Positions 29,706 through 38,443 of a stretch of DNA of 47,282 bases are shown here, in pieces (position 1 is the stretch's first letter; each line of letters begins with the position of its first letter). Source of the stretch: Halanaerobiales bacterium (GTDB lineage: Bacteria > Bacillota > Halanaerobiia > Halanaerobiales > DATFIM01); assembly GCA_035270125.1 (NCBI GenBank), contig DATFIM010000139.1:1-47282 (forward strand), read 5' to 3'. Position numbers and translations under genes: made by a program. Below the pieces are notes generated by a model, which was not told where the DNA came from, ran no database searches, and saw only the letters and a program-made list of their open reading frames with translations.

Positions 29706-31808
29706 ATGAAATTTAAAGAATTTATGATTGAAAATTTTCCAATTTATGATTTAAATAAATCTATAGAAGAAAATTTAAATAATAGTTTGAATTATAATTA
29801 CGAATATATTCCTGTAAAAGATAATTCAAATAAATTTTTAGGATTAATTACAAAAAATGACTTGTTGAAAATTCATTTTAACTCAAAAAAGAATACTATT
29901 ACTGATATTTCAAAATACATAATTAATGAAAATGCAAAAGTTGAACAAAATCAAAAAATAAAATCTCTGGATAAAATTCCAAAATATCCTTTAGTCGTTA
30001 TTAATAAAAATAAATCAATAAAAGGTATTGTTCCTCCAAATAAAATAGCGAGTGCTTTTCATAAGCTAAGTCAGGAATTGAAAAATGAACTCGATATTAT
30101 TTTAAAATCCAGTAGAAATGGAATTATTGTTTTAAACAAAGAAGGTAAAATAAAAATCATTAATGAAGCTGCATCCAATATTTTACAGACAAAAATTAAT
30201 GAGGCTATTGGTCAGGATGCTAGAAATATTTTAGTGGATGATGGATTATTAAAAGTTTTAGAAACTGGCGAAGCACAAATTGCTAAAAAATTCAAAATAA
30301 ATGACACCGATGTTATAAGCAATAGAACTCCTATGATTAATAATGGAGAAATTATTGGGGCAATAGGTATTTTCCAGGATATATCAGACCTAGAATCTAT
30401 TTCTGATGAACTTGCTTACACAAAAAATTTAAATAGAGAATTAGATACTATAATTGAAGGAATTTCTGATGGTTTATACATTACTGATGGTGATGGTTAC
30501 ACCACTCGCATTAATAGTACTTATGAAAAAATAACCGGTATTAAAGCTGAAGAAGTAATGGGTAAGCATATGAAAGAATTAGTTGAAGAAGGATATTATT
30601 CTGAATCCGTTACTCTGCATGTACTTGAAGAAAAAAAACCGGTAACAATTAGTCATGAAATAAAAACTGGAAAAGAAGTCATGGTTACAGGGACTCCGGT
30701 TTTTAATGACAATGATGAAATAATTCGGGTTGTCACTACTGTCAGAGATATGGAAGCTCTCAGTAAAATGAAAAAAGAACTACAAAAAAGTAAAAAACTA
30801 AATACAAAATACTATAATGAAATAGAACAATTAAGATCACAACAGTTAGAACTTGATGATTTTGTGATACACAGCAAGAAAATGCAAGAAATAATTGAAT
30901 CAGCTATAAGATCAGGACAATTTAACTCTACTGTACTCATCAAAGGAGAATCTGGAGTTGGAAAAGAAATTATAGCAAAAACTATTCACAAATCCAGTCA
31001 GGCAGAAGAAAAAACTGGGTCTTTAATAAAAGTAAATTGTGGAGCTATACCTGAAAATCTACTTGAATCAGAGTTGTTTGGTTATGAAAAAGGAGCTTTT
31101 ACCGGTGCAAAAAAGCAGGGTAAACCTGGTATGTTTGAACTTGCCGAAAATGGAACTCTTTTCTTAGATGAAATTGGTGAACTTCCTTTAAAATTACAGG
31201 TTAAATTATTAAGAGCTTTACAGGAAAGAGAAATTATCAGAGTTGGAGGAACTGAACATATAAAGATTAATACCAGAATAATAGCTGCTACAAACCAAAA
31301 TTTAGAAAACCTAATCGAAGCAGATAAATTTAGAAAAGATCTTTATTATAGATTAAATGTTATTCCAATAAACATACCACCTTTAAGAAAAAGAAAATCA
31401 GATATTGGTCCGCTCTGCCGCTTCTTTTTAAATAAATTTAATAAAAGATTTAAGACTAACAAAAAATTATCTTTAGATTTAATTGATTTACTTGAAAATT
31501 ATGACTGGCCAGGTAATGTTAGACAATTAAAAAATATAATAGAACGTTTGGTAGTCATGGTAGAAGAAGATATTATATCTATTAAACATTTACCTTCTGA
31601 CCTTAAAAATGACCTTAATATTGATTGTGGTCCAAATTCAATAAAAATAAATAATACTTTTGATTTAAAAACAGCAGTAAATAATCTCGAAAAAGAAATT
31701 ATAAAAAATGCAATGGAAATGGCAGAAACAACACGTGAAATTTCTTCTTTAATCGGGGTCAGTCAACCAACTGTAGTTAGGAAAATAAATAAATACAATC
31801 TCAAATAA
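29706..31808 (+). CDS. Sigma-54-dependent transcriptional activator (CBS pair - PAS - PAS - AAA+ - HTH)
   Basis: Walker A GESGVGKE, sigma-54 contact loop ESELFGYEKGAFTGA, Walker B LFLDEIGE, and a C-terminal Fis-type HTH (ISSLIGVSQPTVVRKI). The N-terminus has two CBS-like motifs (IPVKDNSNKFLGLITKNDLLK and PLVVINKNKSIKGIVPPNKI), followed by two PAS-like blocks. ATG at 29706 has AGGAGG 7 nt upstream. Confidence 0.9.
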   Translation: MKFKEFMIENFPIYDLNKSIEENLNNSLNYNYEYIPVKDNSNKFLGLITKNDLLKIHFNSKKNTITDISKYIINENAKVEQNQKIKSLDKIPKYPLVVINKNKSIKGIVPPNKIASAFHKLSQELKNELDIILKSSRNGIIVLNKEGKIKIINEAASNILQTKINEAIGQDARNILVDDGLLKVLETGEAQIAKKFKINDTDVISNRTPMINNGEIIGAIGIFQDISDLESISDELAYTKNLNRELDTIIEGISDGLYITDGDGYTTRINSTYEKITGIKAEEVMGKHMKELVEEGYYSESVTLHVLEEKKPVTISHEIKTGKEVMVTGTPVFNDNDEIIRVVTTVRDMEALSKMKKELQKSKKLNTKYYNEIEQLRSQQLELDDFVIHSKKMQEIIESAIRSGQFNSTVLIKGESGVGKEIIAKTIHKSSQAEEKTGSLIKVNCGAIPENLLESELFGYEKGAFTGAKKQGKPGMFELAENGTLFLDEIGELPLKLQVKLLRALQEREIIRVGGTEHIKINTRIIAATNQNLENLIEADKFRKDLYYRLNVIPINIPPLRKRKSDIGPLCRFFLNKFNKRFKTNKKLSLDLIDLLENYDWPGNVRQLKNIIERLVVMVEEDIISIKHLPSDLKNDLNIDCGPNSIKINNTFDLKTAVNNLEKEIIKNAMEMAETTREISSLIGVSQPTVVRKINKYNLK

Positions 31809-31813
31809 TTTTT

Positions 31814-31836
31814 AAGGATGGGTAGAACCCATCCTT
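31814..31836. terminator. Bidirectional intrinsic terminator (activator / hydrolase convergent pair)
   Basis: AAGGATGGGT-AGA-ACCCATCCTT, flanked by a T-run on each transcribed strand (TTTTT on the left, TTATTTATT on the right). Confidence 0.8.
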
Positions 31837-31841
31837 ATTTA

Positions 31842-32648
31842 TTAACTATTTACAGCAACAAACCCTAATACTGCTGTATTAAACTCATCAGTTTTTTCAT
31901 AACAAGAAGCATGCCCGGCATCATTTATTATTAGCATTTTTGCATTATCTATTTCTTTTTGCATTTTTTTCATTTTTTCAACTGGTGTTAAAATATCTCT
32001 ACTTCCACCAATTAACAAAGTAGGAGATTTTATTTTTGATAGTTGATCCCAAACATCAAAGTCCTTAGAACTTTTTGAAAGCCTTATTAAAGCCTCAAAC
32101 CATTCCTTAGATAAAGCTTCAGATAATTGATCCTCTCTTTCATCAAGCCATTCTTTCTGATGATTATAAAAATGATCTGAATAGATAAATGGCATACTGA
32201 ATTTGAAAAATTTCCTGCCATCATTTAATTTGGATGCTTCCTCCCAAACTTCACTGGCTGCTTTTAAATATTCAGGTACTTTACCAACTGTATTACTTAA
32301 TATTAAGGTTTTTACCATATCAGAATATTTTAATTCAAATAAAGTTGCAACCATTGCTCCATACGAAATACCTACAATATGAGCACTTTCTATCTCTAAA
32401 TATTCTAAGAGTCCTTTTAAATCTTCCACATGAATACTTACATCATAATCTTCAGGATATTTACTGGATAAACCTTGATCCCTAAAATCCACTCGTAAAA
32501 ATTTATAATTATTTTTAGTATATACGGGAACAAAATCAACCCAACTGGCAGTGCTCATCATTATACCATTCAAAATTACAATAGTTTCATCACCTTTACC
32601 ATCAAGTTCATAATTGATTTCTATATTATTTATATTTGCTTTAGGCAT
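31842..32648 (-). CDS. Alpha/beta-fold hydrolase
   Basis: Nucleophile elbow VGISYGAMVA (G-x-S-x-G), about 268 aa, late His in NDAGHAS. Substrate not inferable. Confidence 0.8.
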   Translation of the reverse strand: MPKANINNIEINYELDGKGDETIVILNGIMMSTASWVDFVPVYTKNNYKFLRVDFRDQGLSSKYPEDYDVSIHVEDLKGLLEYLEIESAHIVGISYGAMVATLFELKYSDMVKTLILSNTVGKVPEYLKAASEVWEEASKLNDGRKFFKFSMPFIYSDHFYNHQKEWLDEREDQLSEALSKEWFEALIRLSKSSKDFDVWDQLSKIKSPTLLIGGSRDILTPVEKMKKMQKEIDNAKMLIINDAGHASCYEKTDEFNTAVLGFVAVNS

Positions 32649-32715
32649 TTATATCTACCCCTGATTCTAGTTTAATAAATTTTAGTTACATAATTGTAAC
32701 ATTATTATAATTTTA

Positions 32716-33705
32716 TTATTTTTTCTCTCTAAAAATATCCTTTGGAAAATAATCAGGTTTTTGAACTATTTTATGTTCTGCCTGAATATAGCGTACAGTT
32801 CCAGTTTTACTTCTCATCACTATTGACTGAGTTGCAGCTTGAGTTCCAGAATACATAACTCCTTTTAATAATTCACCATCTGTAATTCCAGTTACTGCAA
32901 ACATCGTATCATTTCCACTTGCTAAATCATCGGTGAAAAGCAATCTTTCTGGATTTTCAATTCCGTATTCTTTTGCTTCTTGATAGTCTTCTTCATTACG
33001 CAATTTTAATCTTGCCTGTATTTCTCCTCCAAGACATTTTAGGGCAGCAGCTGTTAAAACACCTTCAGTTGCTCCACCAATTCCCATTAAAATATCAACA
33101 CCAGTGTTATCCATACCAGTTGCTATACCACCAGCTACATCACCATCACTAATAAGTTTTATTCTTGCACCAACTTCTCTAATATCGCTAATTAACTCAT
33201 CATGTCGAGGACGATCAAGTACAATAACTGTCAAATCTCTAACATCTTTATTTAAAGCATCAGCAACATTATAAAGATTATCAGCTACACTTGCATCAAG
33301 ATCAATTTTTCCTTCAGCTTTTGGTCCAACTGCAATTTTTTCCATATAAGTATCTGGAGCCTGAAATAAAGTTCCTTCTTCAGCTACAGCTAATAATGCT
33401 AATGCATTAGGTAATCCCTTGGCAACAAGAGAAGTACCTTCAACTGGATCTACCGCTATATCTAATTTAGGTCCTGTTTGATTACTACCAATCTCTTCTC
33501 CAATATATAATCTTGGGGCTTCATCTTTTTTTCCTTCCCCAATAACAACTTTCCCATTAATATTGACTGTTTCAAATGTTGCTCTCATTGCATCAACCGC
33601 TGCTTTATCAGCAGATTTTTTTCTACCTTTTCCCATCCAGGGCGCTGCTGAAAGTGCAGCTGCCTCAGTAACTCTTACTATTTCTATCGCTAATTCTCTT
33701 TGCAT
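32716..33705 (-). CDS. glpX: Fructose-1,6-bisphosphatase class II (GlpX type)
   Basis: The N-terminus ELAIEIVRVTEAAALSAAPWMGKGRK and DPVEGTS motifs are typical of GlpX. About 329 aa. Confidence 0.93.
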   Translation of the reverse strand: MQRELAIEIVRVTEAAALSAAPWMGKGRKKSADKAAVDAMRATFETVNINGKVVIGEGKKDEAPRLYIGEEIGSNQTGPKLDIAVDPVEGTSLVAKGLPNALALLAVAEEGTLFQAPDTYMEKIAVGPKAEGKIDLDASVADNLYNVADALNKDVRDLTVIVLDRPRHDELISDIREVGARIKLISDGDVAGGIATGMDNTGVDILMGIGGATEGVLTAAALKCLGGEIQARLKLRNEEDYQEAKEYGIENPERLLFTDDLASGNDTMFAVTGITDGELLKGVMYSGTQAATQSIVMRSKTGTVRYIQAEHKIVQKPDYFPKDIFREKK

Positions 33706-33739
33706 TTTAATCCTCCCTCATTTTATTTACTTCAAAAAA

Positions 33740-34351
33740 TTAATCCCATTCAAATTCAACAATAGTTTTTGTAATATTTGTCTTACTAATTCTACCAATA
33801 GATTTAAATTCATCATCAACTACTGGTAAAGAGTCAATTTTATTATCATTTATTTTTCTGGCTGCTTCAAAAAATGTATTATCAGATTTAATAGTAATTA
33901 ATTTAGGACGTCTGGTCATAGCTAAACTAACTGGAGTATTTTTAAGGTCAGTCTGACCAATACTCATTTTTAAAAGATCTTTTCGGGATATAACTCCACT
34001 TAATTTTTTTTCATCATCAATGACAAAGATTGTACCAACATCTTCTAAAAACATTTTTACAATCGCATCATAAACACTAACCTCTTCTCCTACATTAACA
34101 GGCATAGACATAATATTTTTTATAGATAAATTGAAAAGTTTTTCAATATCTCTAACTATATGGCTTTCATCATTATAATAATATCCAACTTTTGGCTTTG
34201 CATTCAAAATTTCAACCATAGTCAAAACTGCCAAATCAGTGCGGAGGGTGGCACGACTTAAATTTAATTTATCTGCAATATCTTTACTTGAGATAGGTTC
34301 ATTTTCTTTAACAATATCTATTATTTTTAGTTGTCTCTCTGATAATTCCAT
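33740..34351 (-). CDS. ccpN: CcpN-type transcriptional repressor (HTH + two CBS domains)
   Basis: RQLKIIDIVKENEPISSKDIADKLNLSRATLRTDLAVLTM closely parallels the B. subtilis CcpN N-terminus as I recall it. Followed by a CBS pair, about 203 aa. Confidence 0.85.
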   Translation of the reverse strand: MELSERQLKIIDIVKENEPISSKDIADKLNLSRATLRTDLAVLTMVEILNAKPKVGYYYNDESHIVRDIEKLFNLSIKNIMSMPVNVGEEVSVYDAIVKMFLEDVGTIFVIDDEKKLSGVISRKDLLKMSIGQTDLKNTPVSLAMTRRPKLITIKSDNTFFEAARKINDNKIDSLPVVDDEFKSIGRISKTNITKTIVEFEWD

Positions 34352-34377
34352 AAAAAGTTTTCACCTTCTTAATATTT

Positions 34378-36729
34378 TTACTTACGAGCATTATTTAATA
34401 AAATCTTTTTTTCAACAGAAGCAACCATTTTTCTAGTATAACTGACAGTATCTGGATTAACACTTATACTATCAATTCCTTTTTTAACAAGAAATTCTGC
34501 AAATTCTGGATATATTGAAGGTCCCTGACCACAAATTGAAACAGTAGTATCATTTTCATGAGCAACTTCAATTAAATGTTCAATAGCCTTTTTAATTGCA
34601 GGGTTCCTTTCATCAAAATAACCCATCCTACTTAATATACCAGAATCACGATCTGCCCCCATAATCAATTGCGTCAAATCATTACTTCCGATACTAAAAC
34701 CATCAACTAATTTACTGAATTCCTCGGCCATAAAAATATTTGAAGGTACTTCTGCCATAAGATAAATATCAAAATCTTTAGATCGTTTTAATCCTTCAGA
34801 TTCCATAATCTCCAACACCTGTTCCACATCATTTACTGTTCTCACAAAGGGTAACATAGCAGTAACATTAGTTAAATTATATTCCTGCCTTACTTTACGC
34901 ATCGCCTTACATTCTAACCTGAATCCTTCTTCATATTCAGGAGAAATATATCTAGCTGCTCCTCTCCAACCAATCATTGGATTATTTTCTACAGGTTCGA
35001 CTTCATCGCCACCTTCTAAACCTCTGAATTCATTTGTTCTAAAATCACTCATTCTAACTACCAATCTTTTTGGATATATTTCTTGAGCCACTTTTGTTAT
35101 ACCTTCAGCAAGTTTTTTAATGAAAAGGTCACCTTCACCCTTTTCTAATAAATGCATAGGATGAGTACCTATCACATTATTAAAAATAAATTCTGTTCTC
35201 ATTAAACCTATACCATCAAAAGGTAAATTTTTATATCTATTAATAAATTGTGGTTCACCTAAATTCATATATATTTTTGTACCAGTAGTTGGTGCTAAAT
35301 AATTAATTACTTCCTGACTTATTGCTCCAGCAGATTCTTTACTCTCTTCTGTATCATCTTCTTCCATAACTTTTCCTTCATAAACTACGCCTCTTGTAGC
35401 ATCAACAGTCACCAATTTACCATCTTCTAATAATTCTGTAGCATCACCAGCACCAACTATACACGGAATACCAAGTTCACGAGAAACTATAGCTGCATGA
35501 CAGGTTCTCCCACCTTCATCAGTAACAACTGCTTTTGCTTTTCTCATTGCTGGAACCATGTCTGGATTGGTCATAGCAGTTACTAAAATATTTCCTTCTT
35601 TTACTTTTGCTAATTCATCCATATCTTCAATTAAAATAATATTTCCTCTAGCAATCCCTGGTGAAGCGCTGAGTCCTCGAGCTAAAGTCTTTAATTCTTC
35701 ATTTTCTTCACTTTCAGATTCATCTTCTTCAGTTTCACTTTCTTCTTTGAGAGTAGTTATCGGACGAGATTGTAATATATACAATTCTTTAGTATCAATA
35801 TCAAAACTCCATTCAATATCCTGAGGACTATTGTAAAGTTCTTCAATTTTAATTGCCATTCTTACTAACTCATATATTTCATCGTCACTTAAAGATGTAG
35901 TATCTATTTTATCTTTATCTAGATAATCAACTACATTAACCATTTCTGTTCCAATTTTTTCTCCAGATTTTTTTACAATCATTTTTAATTTTCTAGCAAT
36001 ATTACTTTCTTTTATATCTAAATTTCTCTTATCAACTACAAATTCATCAGGAGTCACAACTCCAGATACAACTGCTTCACCCAAACCCCAGCTGGAATTA
36101 ACCATTACTTCATCTCTTCGATTATTTATAGGATTAGCTGTAAATACAACACCTGATTTTTCACTATTAACCATCTTTTGAACAACTGCACTTAAAGCAA
36201 CCTTAAAATGGTCAAAATCTTTTTCTTCCCGATAATAAATAGCTCTAGCAGTCCAGAGAGAAGCCCAACATTCCTTTATATAGTTTATTAATTCTTCTTC
36301 TCCAAAAATATAAAGATATGTGTCCTGTTGGCCGGCAAAAGAAGCTTCAGGTAAATCTTCAGCAGTTGCTGAACTTCTAACTGCTACTTCAGTTTTTTCT
36401 CCCACCTTTTCATTTAATGTTTTATATGCTTTTCGAATTTCTTCTTTAATTTCTTCGGGCATCTCTGAATATTTAATTAAATCTCTTATTTCACTAGCAA
36501 TATTACTTAAGCGATTTGAATCATGTCTATCAACTTTTGCAATTAGTTCTTTAATCTCATTGTCTAAATCCTTTTCTTCAATAAAATATTTATACGTGTC
36601 GGCTGTAACACAAAATCCTGGAGGCACTTTTATACCTTTTTGAGTTAATTCACCTAAATTAGCTCCTTTTCCACCAGCTAAATCTACATCATTACCATCA
36701 AGTTCTTCAAACCATTTAATGTACTCCAT
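34378..36729 (-). CDS. ppsA: Phosphoenolpyruvate synthase (pyruvate, water dikinase)
   Basis: N-terminal ATP-grasp region (DVDLAGGKGANLGEL), phospho-His swivel domain GGRTCHAAIVSRELGIPCIVG with the regulatory Thr two residues before the His, and a C-terminal PEP-utilising TIM barrel. 783 aa fits PpsA rather than PPDK. An acidic linker (EESETEEDESESEENEE) is present. Confidence 0.9.
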   Translation of the reverse strand: MEYIKWFEELDGNDVDLAGGKGANLGELTQKGIKVPPGFCVTADTYKYFIEEKDLDNEIKELIAKVDRHDSNRLSNIASEIRDLIKYSEMPEEIKEEIRKAYKTLNEKVGEKTEVAVRSSATAEDLPEASFAGQQDTYLYIFGEEELINYIKECWASLWTARAIYYREEKDFDHFKVALSAVVQKMVNSEKSGVVFTANPINNRRDEVMVNSSWGLGEAVVSGVVTPDEFVVDKRNLDIKESNIARKLKMIVKKSGEKIGTEMVNVVDYLDKDKIDTTSLSDDEIYELVRMAIKIEELYNSPQDIEWSFDIDTKELYILQSRPITTLKEESETEEDESESEENEELKTLARGLSASPGIARGNIILIEDMDELAKVKEGNILVTAMTNPDMVPAMRKAKAVVTDEGGRTCHAAIVSRELGIPCIVGAGDATELLEDGKLVTVDATRGVVYEGKVMEEDDTEESKESAGAISQEVINYLAPTTGTKIYMNLGEPQFINRYKNLPFDGIGLMRTEFIFNNVIGTHPMHLLEKGEGDLFIKKLAEGITKVAQEIYPKRLVVRMSDFRTNEFRGLEGGDEVEPVENNPMIGWRGAARYISPEYEEGFRLECKAMRKVRQEYNLTNVTAMLPFVRTVNDVEQVLEIMESEGLKRSKDFDIYLMAEVPSNIFMAEEFSKLVDGFSIGSNDLTQLIMGADRDSGILSRMGYFDERNPAIKKAIEHLIEVAHENDTTVSICGQGPSIYPEFAEFLVKKGIDSISVNPDTVSYTRKMVASVEKKILLNNARK

Positions 36730-36849
36730 TTAACCAATCATCTCCTTTTAAAATTTTATATCATTATTATGTAATAAATAATGTACACTATACTATATAA
36801 TTAATTCAATATGTTACACTATATTCCTTCTTTTTTAATAAAAAAAGTC

Positions 36850-36885
36850 AAAATAAATAAAACTGGTCAAAAATGACCAGTTTTA
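36850..36885 (-). terminator. Intrinsic terminator after the nfeD-floA-yqfB-like operon
   Basis: ACTGGTCA-loop-TGACCAGT (arms 36862-36869 and 36874-36881). On the minus strand it is followed by TTTTATTTATTTT. Confidence 0.75.
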
Positions 36886-36902
36886 TTATTAAAAACACTT
36901 AT

Positions 36903-37409
36903 TTAATTTTCTCTATAAGGAGATTTATATGGTCTTTTAGCTCTAGGTTTATCTAAAATTTCTTTCATAACTATACCTTTTAAAATATCTCCTTTTAAAT
37001 TTTCTTTATCAAATAAACTATTTTCTCCAATTTTAATTTCATCTGGGAAATCTTTAGTTGGTTTTTTTCTTCTCTTAACTTTAGTTTTATCTTCACTTTC
37101 ATAAATTGACTTATCTTTATCATCCATATAATCTGCCATTCTACCTTTTTTATTATGAAAAAATTCTTTTTCAATATTATTATTTTCTTCTGAAGTTGTA
37201 ATATTTTCAACTTCATTTTCTTTATTTTTTAGACTCCAATTAGAATTAAATATTTTTTTTCTTTTTTTCTTAGTTTCTTTTTTATCCTTATCTTTTATTT
37301 CATTTTTATCTTTATCTCGACCAATTAAATTTTTTATCAGTGATTCAATTAAATTTACACCTACAATAAAAATAATTATAATAGGTATTAATGGAGAAAT
37401 ATTATTCAT
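36903..37409 (-). CDS. Hypothetical membrane-anchored Lys/Glu-rich protein (positional equivalent of yqfB)
   Basis: One N-terminal TM (ISPLIPIIIIFIVGVNLI), then low-complexity KDK/KKE-rich sequence. AAGGGGGA SD. It starts 11 nt after the floA stop. No family recognised. Confidence 0.6.
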   Translation of the reverse strand: MNNISPLIPIIIIFIVGVNLIESLIKNLIGRDKDKNEIKDKDKKETKKKRKKIFNSNWSLKNKENEVENITTSEENNNIEKEFFHNKKGRMADYMDDKDKSIYESEDKTKVKRRKKPTKDFPDEIKIGENSLFDKENLKGDILKGIVMKEILDKPRAKRPYKSPYREN

Positions 37410-37420
37410 TTTATCCCCCT

Positions 37421-38440
37421 TTAATCTTCCTGATTATCTTTATTTTTTTTCTTTTTCTTATTGTCATCCTGAGTAGTATCTTCTTTATTTATCTTTGAAA
37501 TCATATCTCTCATATCTGTATCAGCTTCTATATTTTTTAAATTCATGTAATCCATTACTCCCATATTTCCTGAACGAAGAGCTTCTGCCATAGCTTTAGG
37601 CACTTCAGATTCAGCTTCAACAACTTTAGCCTGCATTTCCTGTACTCTTGCTTTCATTTCCTGTTCTTCTGCAACAGCCATAGCTCTTCTTTCTTCAGCT
37701 TTAGCCTGAGCTATTTCTTTATCTGCTTCTGCCTGATCAGTTTGTAATTGGGCACCAATATTTTTACCAACATCAACATCTGCAATATCGATAGATAAAA
37801 TTTCAAATGCAGTCCCTGAATCTAATCCTTTTTCAAGTACTGTTTTGGAAATAGAATCTGGATTTTCTAAAACTTTTTTATGAGTTTCAGAAGAACCAAC
37901 AGTAGTAACAATACCTTCTCCAACACGTGCCAATACAGTATCTTCTCCTGCTCCACCGACCAATCTTTCTATATTAGCTCGAACTGTAACTCGAGCAGTT
38001 GCCATAACCTGAATACCGTCCATTGCTACTGCAGTTACAATAGGTGTTTGAATAACTTTTGGATTTACACTCATTTTTACTGCTTCTAATACATCTCTAC
38101 CAGCAAGATCAATAGCTGCTGCTCTTTCAAAAGTAAGATCTATTTCTGCTCTTTGAGCAGCAATTAAAGCATCAACTACTCTATCAACATTACCTCCAGC
38201 AAGATAATGGGCTTCAAGTTTATTCGTTGTCAATTTTAGACCAGCTTTATGTGATTTAATCATCGGACTGACAATTACTGATGGTACAACTCTTCTTAAT
38301 CTCATACCTATCAAATCAAAAAAGCTAATTTTTACTCCTGCAGCAATTGCAGATATCCATAATCCTAGTGGTACAAAATAAAAAAACAAAATAACTAAAA
38401 GTGCAATTAAAGCAATAATTATAATTGATGATATAGCCAT
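37421..38440 (-). CDS. floA: Flotillin-like protein FloA (YqfA / UPF0365)
   Basis: N-terminal membrane hairpin, SPFH-like body ([24 protein letters not shown]) and an A/E-rich coiled-coil tail. It follows nfeD. Confidence 0.92.
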   Translation of the reverse strand: MAISSIIIIALIALLVILFFYFVPLGLWISAIAAGVKISFFDLIGMRLRRVVPSVIVSPMIKSHKAGLKLTTNKLEAHYLAGGNVDRVVDALIAAQRAEIDLTFERAAAIDLAGRDVLEAVKMSVNPKVIQTPIVTAVAMDGIQVMATARVTVRANIERLVGGAGEDTVLARVGEGIVTTVGSSETHKKVLENPDSISKTVLEKGLDSGTAFEILSIDIADVDVGKNIGAQLQTDQAEADKEIAQAKAEERRAMAVAEEQEMKARVQEMQAKVVEAESEVPKAMAEALRSGNMGVMDYMNLKNIEADTDMRDMISKINKEDTTQDDNKKKKKNKDNQED

Positions 38441-38443
38441 TAT

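Noticed and set aside
35700-35760. Acidic insertion (EESETEEDESESEENEE) in PpsA, and the Asn/Lys-rich linker in DnaG (about 9540-9620), as possible domain novelties.
   Set aside because: Both lie in inter-domain linkers where low-complexity expansion is common. The acidic bias is shared by many proteins in this window, possibly reflecting a halophile-type proteome, so it is not locus-specific.
36730-36760. Mini-ORF ATG-ATT-GGT-TAA (MIG-stop) between the AAGGAG SD and the ppsA ATG, overlapping it as TAAATG.
   Set aside because: Three codons in AT-rich DNA could occur by chance. There is no evidence of leader-peptide logic, such as regulatory codons or alternative hairpins.
36995-37216. 73 aa alternative-frame ORF inside the Lys-rich yqfB-like gene.
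   Set aside because: It stays open only because the AAR/GAR-rich repeats lack stop codons in a second frame. The longer frame has the SD, the TM anchor and operon coupling.
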